60,851 nt of DNA, filler included, from Sphacelaria rigidula (GCA_964200075.2; 6 parts of 6 records of this genome joined end to end with filler, not necessarily neighbours in it); one strand, 5' to 3'. Counted from the first letter of the whole stretch, positions 24,580 through 38,014 are shown. Numbers and translations are program-made. Notes: a model not told the origin generated them from the sequence alone.

Positions 24580-24852
24580 GAGCTACGCATGTTTGCTCCA
24601 GGTGAGCTATAACCCGTAGCTTGTTAGCGCATACTTGCCCTGGGCGAGCTAGGAAAGCTATATGAGCTACGCGTGCTTGCTCGGGTGAGTTATTAACGCA
24701 TAGCTCAACAGCGCATACTCACCCTACGTGAGCGATGATAGCTGATACATGAAGTACGCATGTTTGCCCTAGGTCTGGTAACAACCCGTAGCTCATCAGC
24801 GCATATTCGCTCTAGGTGAGCTACGAGAACTGATACATGAAGTACGCGTATG
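24580..24852 (+). repeat. Higher-order minisatellite (~85-bp unit made of two ~42-bp subunits)
   Basis: Units start near 24580, 24664, 24751 and 24839 (ga-tacgcatgtttg). Each has two related halves, cgcatgtttgctccaggtgagcta and cgcatacttgccctgggcgagcta. Confidence 0.8.
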
Positions 24853-27800
24853 GCGAAAGATGTATTGCTTTTGCACTGGCTGTGATCATGTTGGTACAGA
24901 TGGGCGCTCTTTTTCGTTCCGCTATGAACAATGAAGAGGCACCACGGTTTTCAGAGCTAAGATGTGCAAACGGCACTTTCACTCTGAAAAACTCGCTCTA
25001 AAAATATATATATGTAGCGGAAAGTGTACCGCCACCGGCTCTTTTTCCTTCCACTCTGACTCTTGAGATGGGAAAAAAAATGTTTTCCTTAACTCTCTAT
25101 CGTCACTGTTGTTTTTCGGTAACGTGGAGCTTGTCACATCTTGTTCGAAAGCGAGCGCGGTTCTGATTCTGAACGGGTCTCTAAAGAGCTGATTTTATTT
25201 CTTCCTACACCAAAGTATGCAAAAAGCCAGCTTGAGATCGGTAATCCCGACGAAACTCGTCGGATCGATATGATTCTAGAAGTAACCCCAGCCGGTACCA
25301 AGAGATGTTCTGGAGATATGTGTTCCAACCAAGCGGTGGCGACATCAGAAACACCCGCCCGCACACACCACGGCAGAGACGCGCAAAAAATATTTGTGCC
25401 CCTCTTTCTCACCTCAGAGGTTCTCCTGACAAACTACTTCGAGCATCATCAGCGCCACACACACGCGAGAGCAGGCTTCGCTTCGCCATCTAGGCGCACG
25501 CGAGATGGCATCAAGGATTGATGAGTTGTGGGCATCAAGCCGCGCTGTGGAGAATGTGCAGCAATGACAGCACTATGCTCTCTGTAACGCCGCACAGAGT
25601 AGGATGTAGATGTACGGTGTCTCTGAAGCTGCATGCAGTAGGATCAAGGTGTCAGTTTGCACACGGTAGCACAGAGCGGCTGTACAACAAAATATATGGG
25701 CGACGTCACAGTGCAGACAGTACTAGAGAGTGCAGTTATGTTTGTAGTGCCGCACACAGTAGGATGCAATATCAGTTTGCACACGATACGAGCTGGGCCA
25801 GCAGCCATTGGGAAATGCCCAAGTTGCACGTCTTCTTCCAACAACACGGGAAGCTTGGCACGGTGAGGTCTTCGTGCCCAGCCTTAGCGTGCGCACCCCC
25901 TTCGCTTCGTGCTCATGCCCCCTTATGTGGCGCTTCTTCACCAGACACGGGTGGTAGATTGCAACGTTCTGGGTGATGGATACATATCTAGTTGCTACCC
26001 TTAGCATGCTACTTGAATATTTTGGTAGCGTATCAAAGTAGTTGTTCCTGCCTTGTAGCCGTGGCGGCTCGCCAACCATCGTGTGGGCGCGAGCTGGCTC
26101 ATGCGGTGGCGTAACAACAAACTCATACAGACGGTACTTTTGGTACTTCCCCTCTCGAACCCCGCGGAAAAGTATGTGGCACCGACGAAAGCCTCGGAGA
26201 AGTCTGGGAGAAGTTTGAACATGTTTTCTTGGTATTTTTTTTGAAAATAGTATCAGGAACAGACCAACCCCAGGAATCATTGTACGGCGGCTTCTCATGT
26301 CTGCGTTGGATGTTTTATTTTCGGGCCATTTGATCTAGTTTTTTTGGCTCTCAAACGGGCAGTATGGCCATCAAATGTCTTGACACTTGGCGTCGCCTCA
26401 CCGAAAGAAATGTCGTGAACTTTGTTCGATTCGCTTGGCAGAAGGTACCGAAAATGATCTCGGGACAGATATCCATCCGACTGGGCGTGAAAAAATGTGA
26501 GAAAGATGTGGATGATGAAAAACCACTACAGAATCCCGCAGGCACCGTTTTTTTTTTCCCCAGTCGCACCTTTATTCAGAGGCCATTATCAAAACCTCGG
26601 AGCTGAGCGAATCGGAAAAGTGGGCAAGCCTCCTGTCGGTGGGGTGCTGCGAAGTACCCAAGACATTTGATAAAAATAATTCTCTGTTGGGGGGAGGAAA
26701 GTAGTCAAACATCCCAAAACTAGAAAATTCAACGAAAAAGACGACCGTAGAAAACGGTCTGAGAGCGTTTTTTTGTCTGGGCTCAAAATCGCGGCAGATA
26801 AAAATGACGTTCAAATTCGGTCAAATTTTGATTCTGATTCCGTCCCGTGAGAGTGAATTGGTCTTAGGTGCAGGTCGCCACATTTCGCTCAAAATCGAGC
26901 GCGATTTTGATTCGCAATGTGTTCTGTTAGAGTTGGTAGCATTAATTTCTACAGCGAAAAATACATGGAAAGCCGGTCGGGATTGACAACGCGGGCGGAA
27001 CTCGTCGGGTTGGTGTGACAACATGAAAGGAAACACCATCCAGCACAAACAATATTGTTCAACCTACATCTTGAGTTTAATGTGGAGTAGTACACTCACT
27101 TGAATTTAGTGTCGGCTTTCATTATATGAGTTCAGTTGATTTGAGATAGCATGGTATGACTACTCTGCTTCAGCGTATTTTAGTTTCCGCTTTTGTTACA
27201 TACTCACGTGACGATTGGTTCGAAGCGGTGGTATAGTCCCCATCACTTTGTTTCAGTATGCTCCCTACTGATGATGGTGTGAGGCAGCGGCCTCCAGATG
27301 CTGAAGCCTAAAGGATGGCTTGACATCGCATGATATTTTTGCATGATACATGGAAAAAACGATACGTTGTGCGTATGAAATCTCGTTGATACGATTGTAT
27401 GTGTGAACTCTCGCTGTACGACAATGATTAATGTTAAATTACCTCGATACGAATTGATGCCTCGTGAGCATTTCTTAGATAGTTTCGCCGTGAAGACTGT
27501 TGCAGACCACTGAACGCAACTTACAGCGTTGAAGCACGGTAAGACGAAACATCTCTCCTATAATACTCCAGCTAATTTTCACATTTTTTGTTTCTCTCGA
27601 AACTGTTGACCTCGGTAATCGTGGTGAGCATATTGAGTTGTCTAGCACATGTGTCTTGCTCTCGTGGACGGTACAAGATGCTTCTACCAAACGGCAATAT
27701 GTTACCAGAAATCGCTTCGAAATCGCTTCATATCTGGCATATAAGACATCCACCTTGTGCTCAGTGCAGTAGCTGTCAAGTGCATTCGCGGCTGGCTACG

Positions 27801-28084
27801 GCACGCCTCATTTTCATGATACGAACCTGCCACGAAGACCAAAATAACCAGATTTTCGGTGGGTGTTTGACTGCGCCAAAACGAGAAGGATTCGGGGGAT
27901 AGTTCGGTGCTGTACGTGGTATACCAAATGCGGAATGAACCTACCCCTTCGGAATGAATGTATTACATGTCTTGGGATAGCATTTCCTGAAGCTCGTAAC
28001 ACCGGGGGGCGTCCCCTAACCATGACAGAGATTTATCTCTTTGCTTGAGACATTTCGTGCCATCACGCCAACATACGCAGGTAG

Positions 28085-28654
28085 ATGGCACTGCTGGCGC
28101 GCGAAGAAACGGCCCCAGAGCACCGCGTTGTCGAGGATGTTGCGGCAACGACGATGGAGGTCGTTTCTCTGGCAACCCAGACGGTGGTGGAGGGGCTGGC
28201 GTCCGAGATTATCGAGGTGGGCTCGGCTACGCCCATTGTCGCGCCAGTTTTCGTGGCTTTGAAATTAGCCAGGAGGATGTTCGACGGAGTCAAGCGCCAC
28301 AGAGAACAGCTGGAAGAGCTCCATGATCAATGCACGGTAATCACCACGCATGTCATCATCAAGTGCAACACGCAGTCGTCGAAGATCGACATTGCCCCAC
28401 TCGAAAAGTGCGTGGCTGACCTCATTGCACTTGCGACACGCAACAGCATCGGGGGCATGTTTGCAAAGATCGGGACCTATCGTCGTGACAAGAACCGGAT
28501 CGACAAGCTACGGCGTGAAATTGAAGCACTGGTGCCCATCATGGGATTGGGTGGGGTGGTGAGGGTATCGGAGCAGCTGGAGAGTGTACGGAGCGATATC
28601 GAGCGCATAGCTGATGCGATTAAGGCGACGTCTATAGAGCACAAGACGCTTCTG
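28085..28654 (+). CDS. First coding exon of a protein with an MLKL/HeLo-like N-terminal helical bundle (probably NB-ARC-TPR, ROCO or kinase type)
   Basis: Stop-free 190-codon exon with strong coding bias; acceptor acgcag|gtagATG, donor CTG|gtgagt. The pattern PIVAPVFVALKLARRMFDGVKRHREQLEELHDQC..I...LEKCVADL....DKNRIDKLRREI fits MLKL-type N-terminal domains. Downstream exons not found in this contig. Confidence 0.72.
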
Positions 28655-29764
28655 GTGAGTGGCTGCAGCGTTGCATACGTGGTCATGGGCATTGCCTCGG
28701 ACGATAGACATAGTCAAGGAATACTTTTGTACTGCAAGCAACAAAAAATCTTGCAAGCGTCCATCAATAATCTATTTTAGGTACCCTATATTATGATCAG
28801 TACGGGAAGTTGTCCTGCATTCGCCTTCCACACCACAACTTCTCGAGTTTTCGAAATCAGCGCGACTTGAGCATATCACCGTGAACTGCAAACCAATCTG
28901 GTAACACACGGCGCCGCCGCTGAATGGAAAAAAAACAAAATGAAAATGTACTGCATAATAAACGATGTCGACGACAGAACGGACAAAGAGAAGATCTGTC
29001 GGGATTCAAACTCATGAACTCCATAGCTAGAGTCTTCTGTATCACTTGGATGAACGGGGCGCGACCGTGTCACACGAAAAGTGCGATGCGGCGCCCAATG
29101 TTATGTATTTCTGACCGAACCCCCACTAGGATCTCCTGGACGCGAGTCAACGTTGTTCGCGGTGCAGCCGTATACATCAATGTTTCACGAAGGTACAACA
29201 TTTCCGCTATTTTTGCCAATACTTCAATTCGTTCCAACGTCTGTTTTTTTTCTCCTCTGCATCCCCAATAGCGTTGCGCGGGTTGATGATGAAAATTTCG
29301 TGTCGAAAGTTCAGCGTCTAACTCTTCGAATTTCCATTCGCATCGCCAGGATTCGTTCAAAAGTCACTGTTATGGGTGGGACTGGAGGGCCTAACGACCA
29401 AAAATCAGCGGCAAACTAAAAAAAAACAGAAGTGCGGAGGAATAATGAACACGTCAGTAGGTGGTCACAGCTGTGCCGAGGCCCTCTCGAGCAAAACGCA
29501 CGCCTCATCACTTATAAACTTGGTTCACTATAGGACAGCTCTAGCACGGGAGATCGCGCGGTTCTCGACACGGGAAGCAAGCCAGCCCACGGCACTTCAC
29601 ACCCCCCCGCATACACACAAAATCTAGGGGATTCTAATTCACATTTTCCTGGCGTCGTGCCAGCAGCGAAAAAGCCCCCTCCCGGAGCACAAAACACCTC
29701 ATTTTTGTACGTTTGGGTTTGTTGCGGCTCAGTGTCACGCTCAAACGAAAAAGTAATATAGATT

Positions 29765-30376
29765 GACCTAGCTTGGGTGTGTGGGCAGCGCACGCAAGAA
29801 ACTGCAGTCCAATCCTCTGCTTCGTCGCCGAGTTCTACGCGTTGCGCGATCGGTACTTTTGGATTGAGGATTAGTAGCTAGCGCTATTCGAGGTCCAATA
29901 TCGCAAATTCAAAAAAATCGGTGCGCATGTTGTTTCTTCTCGCCGCAAGTTGTCACAACAAGCAGTTTGGTTGCGTGTCGGCAGGCGCTGCTGCTTAGTT
30001 CTGTGCGGCTATACACAGGAGGCAATTTCGCCTTTCAACAGCGAGTATCCTTTCAAGTGTCGAATTTCAGAGGGGGGTTCACAGAAGAAAGACAAAGCTA
30101 GCGGCTGCCTCGTGTCAGAGCTCCGGGGCGGAAGCCGAGGCTTCTAGAGCGATTGTAGTACTTGCACCGCCTTACATCTGCTGGCGACTGTTGTGATCAT
30201 GTAATTGGTAATTGTCTGTATATATTATGCAAATGTAAGAGTGGGATGCAAACTATGCGACGGTCGACAGCTTCGTTTTGGGCTGCATATTTTTTTCTTG
30301 CAGCGAGCAGTGTGTGACGGTGTTTCACTTTGTGGCGTGCCGCCAGGTGCTGCTTCGTTCTGTACGGCTGTGCACA
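29765..30376 (+). repeat. Dispersed ~600-bp repeat (copy of 10175-10747)
   Basis: Collinear similarity to 10175-10747. Confidence 0.85.
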
Positions 30377-30378
30377 AT

Positions 30379-30478
30379 NNNNNNNNNNNNNNNNNNNNNN
30401 NNNNNNNNNNNNNNNNNNNNNNTTAATTAATTAANNNNNNNNNNNNNNNNNNNNNNNNNNNNNNNNNNNNNNNNNNNN
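30379..30478. other. Artificial contig linker
   Basis: N44-TTAATTAATTAA-N44. Confidence 0.98.
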
Positions 30479-31552
30479 AGTCCAAGACTCCTTTCAATGC
30501 ACTCTTAATTTGAACATCGTCCAGAACATCACACTTCCATTCGCCCTCCGACGAGGACGCCAGTACCGAGAAAGACGTCCGAGGGGCACGGCCAAACATC
30601 ACGTGATACGGCGTACGATCGTACCGACGGCGATATGCTGTATTTAGCGCCCATTACACAGCGGGCAACACGTCCACCCACTCGGTCACTTCTCGACACT
30701 GCTCGAGAAGAATAGAGCGAGGAGCACGAACTACTTCATTTACCATTCGTTGGCACGTACTGCAAGACCACGGAGAAGACGCTACCGCAAACCGGTGATC
30801 AACGCGCAAAGCCTCTCGCAACCGAGCCAAGATCGCATTCTTGAAATGCGTGGCGGTATCACTCACCCGCACACGGGGCACCCCCAAAGTTTTGCACCAG
30901 TTCAGCAAAGACGTAGCAGTCGATTCAGCAGTAAACACGGCTACTGGTTCCAGAGCCACAAAATTACTCAAATCATCCATGATGACCAAAATGTATCGGA
31001 ACCCAGCATCCTCCGACAAACCTTGGGGAGCTAGCGGGCCACTTTCGCCCACGTGTAAGGAGTCAAAATGAACGACTTCATTCGGCGTGTCCCATGGACC
31101 GTTTCACCGAGCGGGCGGGGAACAACATCGCCCGCCCTCGAGTCAGCACAGTGAAGACACTGGCGGACAAATTCGCGCACATTAGCTTCTATCCCTTCCA
31201 GACACAAAACTCTTTCAAGCGCACGAGCGTCGCATCCACACCTCGATGCCCGGCATCGCGCATGTGCGCACAAATCATCAAACGTACCTGCTACTGCTTG
31301 TCAGAACTCGGAATCCACAAAACGTTTCGGCCACGCACACGCACACGAAACAGACCTTCATTGTCCAAGATAGCAGTACCAACGTCCGATTCGAAAGATT
31401 GCACATCCGCATCTTCGGCCTCAAGGTCTTTTCGTTGCGCTTGGCGGACGACAGATTTGGACGGCATCGAGTCATCAGGTTCGCACGGACCATACACAGC
31501 CACAACGCGCGTAGGCAAAGTGGGAATATTTTACCCAGCGCGACAGCAAGTC
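30479..31552 (-). mobile_element. Ty3/Gypsy LTR retrotransposon pol remnant (RNase H end + integrase), frameshifted
   Basis: DLLSRWV (RNase H end); HMRDAGHRG...CLHC zinc finger; HFD, ILVIMDDLSNFV, VSDTATHF and SPWS motifs of the integrase core; WVDVLPAV*WALN and TPYHVMFGR. Contains frameshifts and a stop. Confidence 0.92.
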
Positions 31553-31564
31553 ACTAGTCACTTT

Positions 31565-31662
31565 TGTGACGGTTTAAGAGATAACCAACTAACTAGACTA
31601 CTGACCAGTCAGCGCTGACTGATCAGTAGTCTAGTTAGTTGGTTATCTCTTAAACCGTCACA
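31565..31662. repeat. 98-bp near-perfect palindrome, TG...CA
   Basis: tgtgacggtttaagagataaccaactaactagactactgaccagtcagc|gctgactgatcagtagtctagttagttggttatctcttaaaccgtcaca; 49-bp arms, one mismatch, no loop. Confidence 0.95.
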
Positions 31663-34600
31663 GAGGACAGCGTTCTTCGAGAGGGTATGGACGATATGGA
31701 AAACACACTACTAATTAAATGAAGATGCTTGGAGTACGATTGTCGCGGTTCGAATGTGAGTTGGTGCACGTAGCCTCCTTGCGAAATACGGAGTAGTGTT
31801 TCTTACAGTATTTTTGCCCCTGTCATGCCCGATAGCTCTGGCGGGACAAGGGTATGGAAGTGTTGGGCTGGGGTTCGGGGTTCGGTGATTATTCGTCCAA
31901 GCAACTACCGCACCACGATTTTCTTGTCTCCACGGGTATTCTCTCTTCTAAAAGTAGAGCAGCAGAGTGGTTTCACTGACTGCTTTGGATGTTGAGCCTT
32001 TCAGCCAGGTACGTGGTATGCTATGATTCGTTTTCTAGCAGCTCCCTTCGTGTCCACAAAGTGTCAGCTATCTTCACAACAACAGCTGGATGTATCGAAA
32101 CATAATGTGTACGTTGTTTCAGGGGGAGGGAGAAAGATGATGGGGAGATGACAACACATTCATTTTCAATCCAGAGCCGTTCGTGCTTGAATTATTGTGC
32201 ATGCTGTCCTCAGTGGAGCCGCTCATGAGTAACGTACGTTCTCTTCATTATTACTTGTCAGATCGGGGACCATTATTCCCTAGTCTTCGGCCTGCACGAC
32301 GAAACGATTCGATCAAGGCAGCCATAATGAATGTTCACTCTTTGATTGACTCTTCTACTTCTCATGGGACCGATACGGCGGAGTAAAACCTTGTTGTTTA
32401 TTATTAACGGGATATTATTGACCGCATATGCCCCCAAATAAAGTTTTTGAGGTGAAGCGCAGGGGGCAGCGAAAACCAAATTCTGGACACGTAGGCCCCA
32501 AGATCGAAAATTTGAGTTTTTGAGGAGGGGGGACACCCAGCCGTGTGCCCCCCTGGTTTATTGCCGAAGCGTTGGCAGATGCGGTCAGCTGCCGTGGACA
32601 ATAGATACCCTCGTATATATTATATGTATAATATATACGTAGTATATTATATACATATATATATATATATATGCTTCTGCTCCTTAGCTCAGTAAAGATC
32701 GATAAATCGGAAAAAGTGAAAACATGTACTCGCACAATAAAAAGGTTTTCAGGTTTTTTCATCGCATCTTCTCCTCCTCCAGTAGTATATATGATAATTA
32801 TCATCATTAATGTGTTCAAAAGCCGAGGCCAGCAGCAGCAGCTGTTGTTGCCGTCTGAGCACATTACTACTACTGTGACCGTAAAATAGCGACGATGACC
32901 GCGCCCACTATACACGTGGTGTGCCTCCACAATGATACAGTATCGACCTGTGCCGTGATACAGCACGATGATCCATGAGCCCGCACGAACACAAAAAACG
33001 AGTACCTACAATTACTCCTGTTGTTTGTGTAGTATTGCTATACATGCTACAATAATATGTGATGCACATTCCTCGGCCAACTGTCCCTGACAACGGGCCT
33101 GAATGATCAATGTTGTCTTTGGTGAAATGCAAAAAACAAAGCAGAAAAACTATACTCACGAATATGCCGTCTCATTCAAGTTTGATACAAGAAAATCCTG
33201 TACTGTAACAGGTCGCATGCCCTATCTACGTAGCGGTAGACTGACGGCTTATCGCGGAATACCGAGGGGAACATGACGCCCTGGGGAGATGGAAAACTGA
33301 TGAAGCGGCCTTCGGGAGGTGTGAGTACCCGGGGTCGACTGCTCGTTCTACTCAAGAACCAAACCAAGAGGTGTGTGGGAGTGTGGTGGATTTCATAAAA
33401 CCATGCGATCACTTGGTTTTAGTGAGGATCACAAGGCTGATCGCAATACTGCCTGTTGGGTTTCGTTATATATATATATATATATATATTTGAATGATTT
33501 CAGAATTATTTTCTGTCGAAGGTCGGGCCGTCATCAGCCGATACACAAGCAACTCATGTGACGCTCCCAAACAGACGACTGTGCGTGTCGAGCGCTGTTG
33601 ACTAACTCTTTCAAGAACTTGGTTTGCCTCGTCACTGATCTCGCGAGAGCAACCGATGTGTGTCGTCGACTATTTATTCGCGACCCCGTCTGTGGGCATG
33701 GGCGTAACATCGAGTGGGTGAAAAGTGTGTATTGCCAGTAAGACACGTGCGGAACATCTCTTTATTAGGCGAGACGGATACAAAATCGAAATTCGAATGT
33801 ACGCCATATCATATCTATGATATGTATGGCTTGCGCTGCCCCTGGCAACCGCCTACTTGCTAGACCTATCTCTACGGAGGGTCATGTATTTTGCTCACAG
33901 CAGAAAACATGGTTATGCACTATGTTGTTGCGGCAACGGCCTGCCTTTCTCTTGCTGTGCGGTTGCTTTTGGTTTGTGTGTAACACGAGCAGAGTTGCTG
34001 TCAAAGTCCCCTGTCTGTGAGAGACTTTCACGTAAAGAGCCGGAAAGATATCACCTGAAGCCAGCCGTGACCGGCTTGTGCCGACAGCTCTACTGTGTGT
34101 ATTGTTTGTACGTTGTTTCAAAATGAAGCCATGGGGCTTCGCCGTTGCACACACCACAGCAGTGCAGTGCTCGCTGTAGCCACAAGAGAGGAAAGGCACA
34201 GGGTGCATGGTTCGATGTCGTGTATGATTTGCTCTCCACCTGTCGTGTACATGGACAGTAGGACAGTCTACCATGTATCTTGTGTACAAGAGAAGAGCGC
34301 ACAGATACACTCGATTATGTAAGCGGGAAAACAAACGAACAACTACATGTTTCCTACCGAGCGGAATGAAGCTTGACCTTTCCCGGGCTGTTACAGTGTC
34401 CCCGTATAAAACAGCTTTGCTGTGCGGTTCTATAGTGCACTGCACGTTTCTATCTAGGACACGTGTGAAATAAGTGCAATGTATGGAGTACATGAGGTTG
34501 CACGCAGCATTCCATTGTGCAATTGTTCAGACAGCGCTGCTACTACCTTAAAAATGGTGGGATGCACTTGACGGCAGCATGATGCTGCCCGTTACGCATC

Positions 34601-35582
34601 TTCTCTGACGGCTGCCTTGTGGATGGGGCGAGCTTTTCTTTTTCCCTCGAGAACCCGGGGGATGCGCCCCTTGCTGTCCTCGATCGGGCAAGTGATATTC
34701 AGGCGCTCACATAGTGTACTTGATGTGTGTTCCGCATGATGTGTTTCTGATGAGAGTGGTAGTATATTGAACATGGAGCCACTCCCCGGGCACAAGCAAA
34801 CAAAACAAATACTGGACACGGACGAAACGACCCCCAGTGCATAACGACGCCAGAAAACGGCACTTTGTCCTGGACAGCAACAACAGCACAACAGTAGCAA
34901 GCACGATAGCTGACGTGAATGGTTATGTTTGAAGAGTTGTTTTTTATTTTCCGTGGCCCACCCCGCACATGAGAAAATTCTTCCATTTATGCCTGCTTGC
35001 TGTTATGGGTTTGTGAGGGGCTCCCAGAAGTGCGTGTTTCGGGGAAAGTGGGCTCATGTAGCATGTCACATGTTGCACTCACACGCGCCCTTTCACCTCC
35101 AAGCTGTCCCATCATGGTAACAAAAAAAATGATACCCCGCTTCGCGCGCTTCTTGTCTGTTTTCATCATCGATTGGGCTCACGGTCACTCTCTCGGGCTG
35201 TGGTCTCTGCGTCTAAGTTTCCTGGTCCTTCTATTCGAGAAAACAGTACTGTACCCGTAGTAAGAATACTACGGTAGAGTCAAGTTTGAATGTCAGATGA
35301 ACAACATAACCGGAGTAACGGGTAGACTTTGCCATATGCTACCCACGCACAAAAAATTCACGTATGCCAACCCAACCCTCTGCTGTACCGTTGCCAACAG
35401 ACGAAACGCTAATATTGTAATGCGCTTCTTGTTTTTGTAATACTCAGTGCGGTGAGGTACTGTACGGTACGGTACGGTGTCGTACGCAAAAAACAAAAAA
35501 CGGCCAACGTGGGCCCTGATGTAGTAATGTACTGCCTGCAGAAGCGGCAGAGCACAACGACACGGTGCAGCCATTCCCCTCC

Positions 35583-36200
35583 CTAGTGTCGAGAATTGCA
35601 GACAGGTGGGCGGGCCCATATTATGAGGTAAGGAGTGTGTCCAGGAAGAGAGTGTCCTTTATTCAGGTATTCCCATACCTTGTTCAGTTGTATTAGGGAC
35701 ACATTGAATTGCTTACTCGATACTGAAATATCCATATACTCCGGAGTAAATTTTTTGTACCAGCTCGTGAAATTTTGTACACTCAAGACTGACCGTTCAC
35801 CCTTTGCCCGCCATCATGGGTCGTCTGGATCTTGGTCATATTTCAAGGCGAAGCGATCCAAGCTCAACCGATGACCCACCCTGACGGGTTCAAGAAATTC
35901 TCTCACTTGCGAGTATGTCAGCATTCCTGGTGTACCGGGATTAAATATTGTCAAATAACGGACGCTGTACAGGGTTTCATCACCGGCTCTCGTTTGCACT
36001 GCTGTTCTTGCATGTTCATGCCGTATTGTTTTCACAACAAGACCGTGCACTCCTGAAATGTATACGTCTCTCCTGTATCATTTCAAAGATATCGGCGAGG
36101 AGACAGACGCCTTCGATGGCATTAAAGCGCTGTTCTCGGTGGCGCATATGTGGTCGACGTGCTTAGTGTCGAGTAAAGATGGGGTTAGAATACACGAATC
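35583..36200 (-). pseudogene. Unidentified interrupted reading frame (~200 codons, two in-frame TGA)
   Basis: ORFs 36078..36437, 35814..36050 and 35583..35786 share one frame, separated only by TGA at 36078-80 and 35814-16. Confidence 0.35.
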
Positions 36201-36797
36201 ACCCTCAACGTTGTCACATGACCTCAAGCAACAAATGCGTGTAACTGCTGTGTTACTACAGTATTCCTCTGTAGACTCCTCCCAACAGACGCGCGCATAT
36301 GCGTGCACATGTACGAGCACTTTCAATGGTGGGTACACACGATGCTCAGTTTCTGCCCTTGGACGGGGCGTGGGGTCGGTGCACACGATGCTCAGTTTCT
36401 GCCCGTGGACGGGGCGTGTTGCGGCCCTCAGCACCACGAGTGTACATGTGCCGCCACCCGAAGCACAAAGCTTGTACAGATTGTTCTGCCGCTACTGAAC
36501 ATGAATGAATCCTACTGAACAACACCCAAAAAAAATACACGCATCCATCGTTCGTCGCAGTGCATCATGATCATATTTGAGCATTTCAACGGCCACGCCG
36601 ATAGTGAAGGTGACGGCGCTTGGGTGTAGCCCGAGATGCACGAAAAATCGCTGCCTCTTGGAGTATATGTTCGTCCGTTCTCTCTCTTTCTCGCTCCCCC
36701 CCCCTCCCCCCCCTCCACCCCTCGCACCTGACGTCCTCTCTCATCCCAAGTAATGGTTTTATTTCAATCTGTAGTATGAAGGTCTCCGCTTGAATGG

Positions 36798-37031
36798 TAT
36801 CTCAAACTCGAGGTTCCCGCTACACAGACAGTACTGCATACTACAATATTTAACAGTAAATCGCTGTCATATATACCGGAAACCTCGCGCTTGATATACC
36901 TCGCATTTGGTGTACTGTATCTCGAGGTTCCCGCTACACACACAGTACTGCATACTAAAATATTTAACAGTAAATCGCCGTCATATATACCGGAAACCTC
37001 GAGCTTGAGATACCTCGCATGTGGTGTACTG
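36798..37031 (+). repeat. 113-bp tandem duplication, each unit with inverted ends
   Basis: ctcgaggttcccgctacac...ccggaaacctcg-gcttga-atacctcgcat-tggtgtactg at 36808 and 36921. Confidence 0.85.
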
Positions 37032-37909
37032 TCTTTCAACCCTTTGACAGCAAGGTGGGAAATCTGAGTCTTGTCCATCACTTTCGATGTGAATCGTGAT
37101 GCCGATTCATGGCATGACCCCAATCTGGCGGTGAAGAGGTTTTCCCCCTGACGGCGAGAGGCGATCCATGGAGGTCTTCACAAACATTTTTCAAATGAAA
37201 ATGATGCCGACTCTGTAATTCAGCGTTTGGCGTGTCACAGCGCTTAGCCCTTCACGTCCACACACCCACGGATAGATGGGACACACATTGTACGGGTATA
37301 TATTGACTACAACTATCCAAATGGAACATGATGCCCGCTCAACATACGGCGGATGGCCTTCGTCGACGCTCCAAGAATTACTCATCAACCGCCAGTTTGA
37401 TTTCATCTGTCGAACCGAGGTCTCTTTCCCTTGGAAAACCACTGGTGGAACAACCTCGACCGACCTTCCTGGTGAAGGGTTTATATTTTCGCGATATGTG
37501 AAAACGATGGAGGAAATCGAAACTCGAGTCCTTCACCCGTCACAACTATCCAATACTGTACGAACTGTCGCCTACCGTCACGTATTTCCTCATTCTCGTC
37601 CCCTCCCTGCGTGTGACTCCGCACAATCTCGAGGAGTCAAACCATCTCGCCGCTGGTACGCGCCTGGAAATCTGGCATGATCGCAGATTGCATCAGCTTT
37701 CCCCCGTCGCTTCGAGTTCCTCCTACGAGTATCAAATTTCTTTGCTGATCACAATTACACTTTTTTCGATCAAAGAAACGAGATATTCCAAACTAGAAGG
37801 TTCCACTCCCTGGACAACGTGATGGCCAACGATAGTTGCAATAGTCGTATACTTTACACAGTACACTTTTCGTTCATTGCAACTATTATATCGACCTCAT
37901 TTGGTGTGC

Positions 37910-38014
37910 TTAACCCTCACACCGCGAGGTAGTCTATCTGAATCATGCATACTTTTTCCAAGTGAAATTGATGCCGATTCAAGAGATGAGCTACTCTCGC
38001 GGTATAAGGGTTAA
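37910..38014 (+). mobile_element. piggyBac-type MITE (97 bp) with TTAA TSDs
   Basis: TTAA-ccctcacaccgcgag ... ctcgcggtataaggg-TTAA; 15-bp TIRs with 2 mismatches. More decayed copies at 37036-37142 and 38067-38170. Confidence 0.85.

Noticed and set aside
24580..24852. CRISPR-like periodicity
   Set aside because: Whole units are repeated without unique spacers; eukaryotic context and no cas genes.
37268..37295. IDGTHI, resembling the PIF/Harbinger catalytic motif
   Set aside because: The downstream Harbinger motifs (NRKG, GS.HD) are not found.
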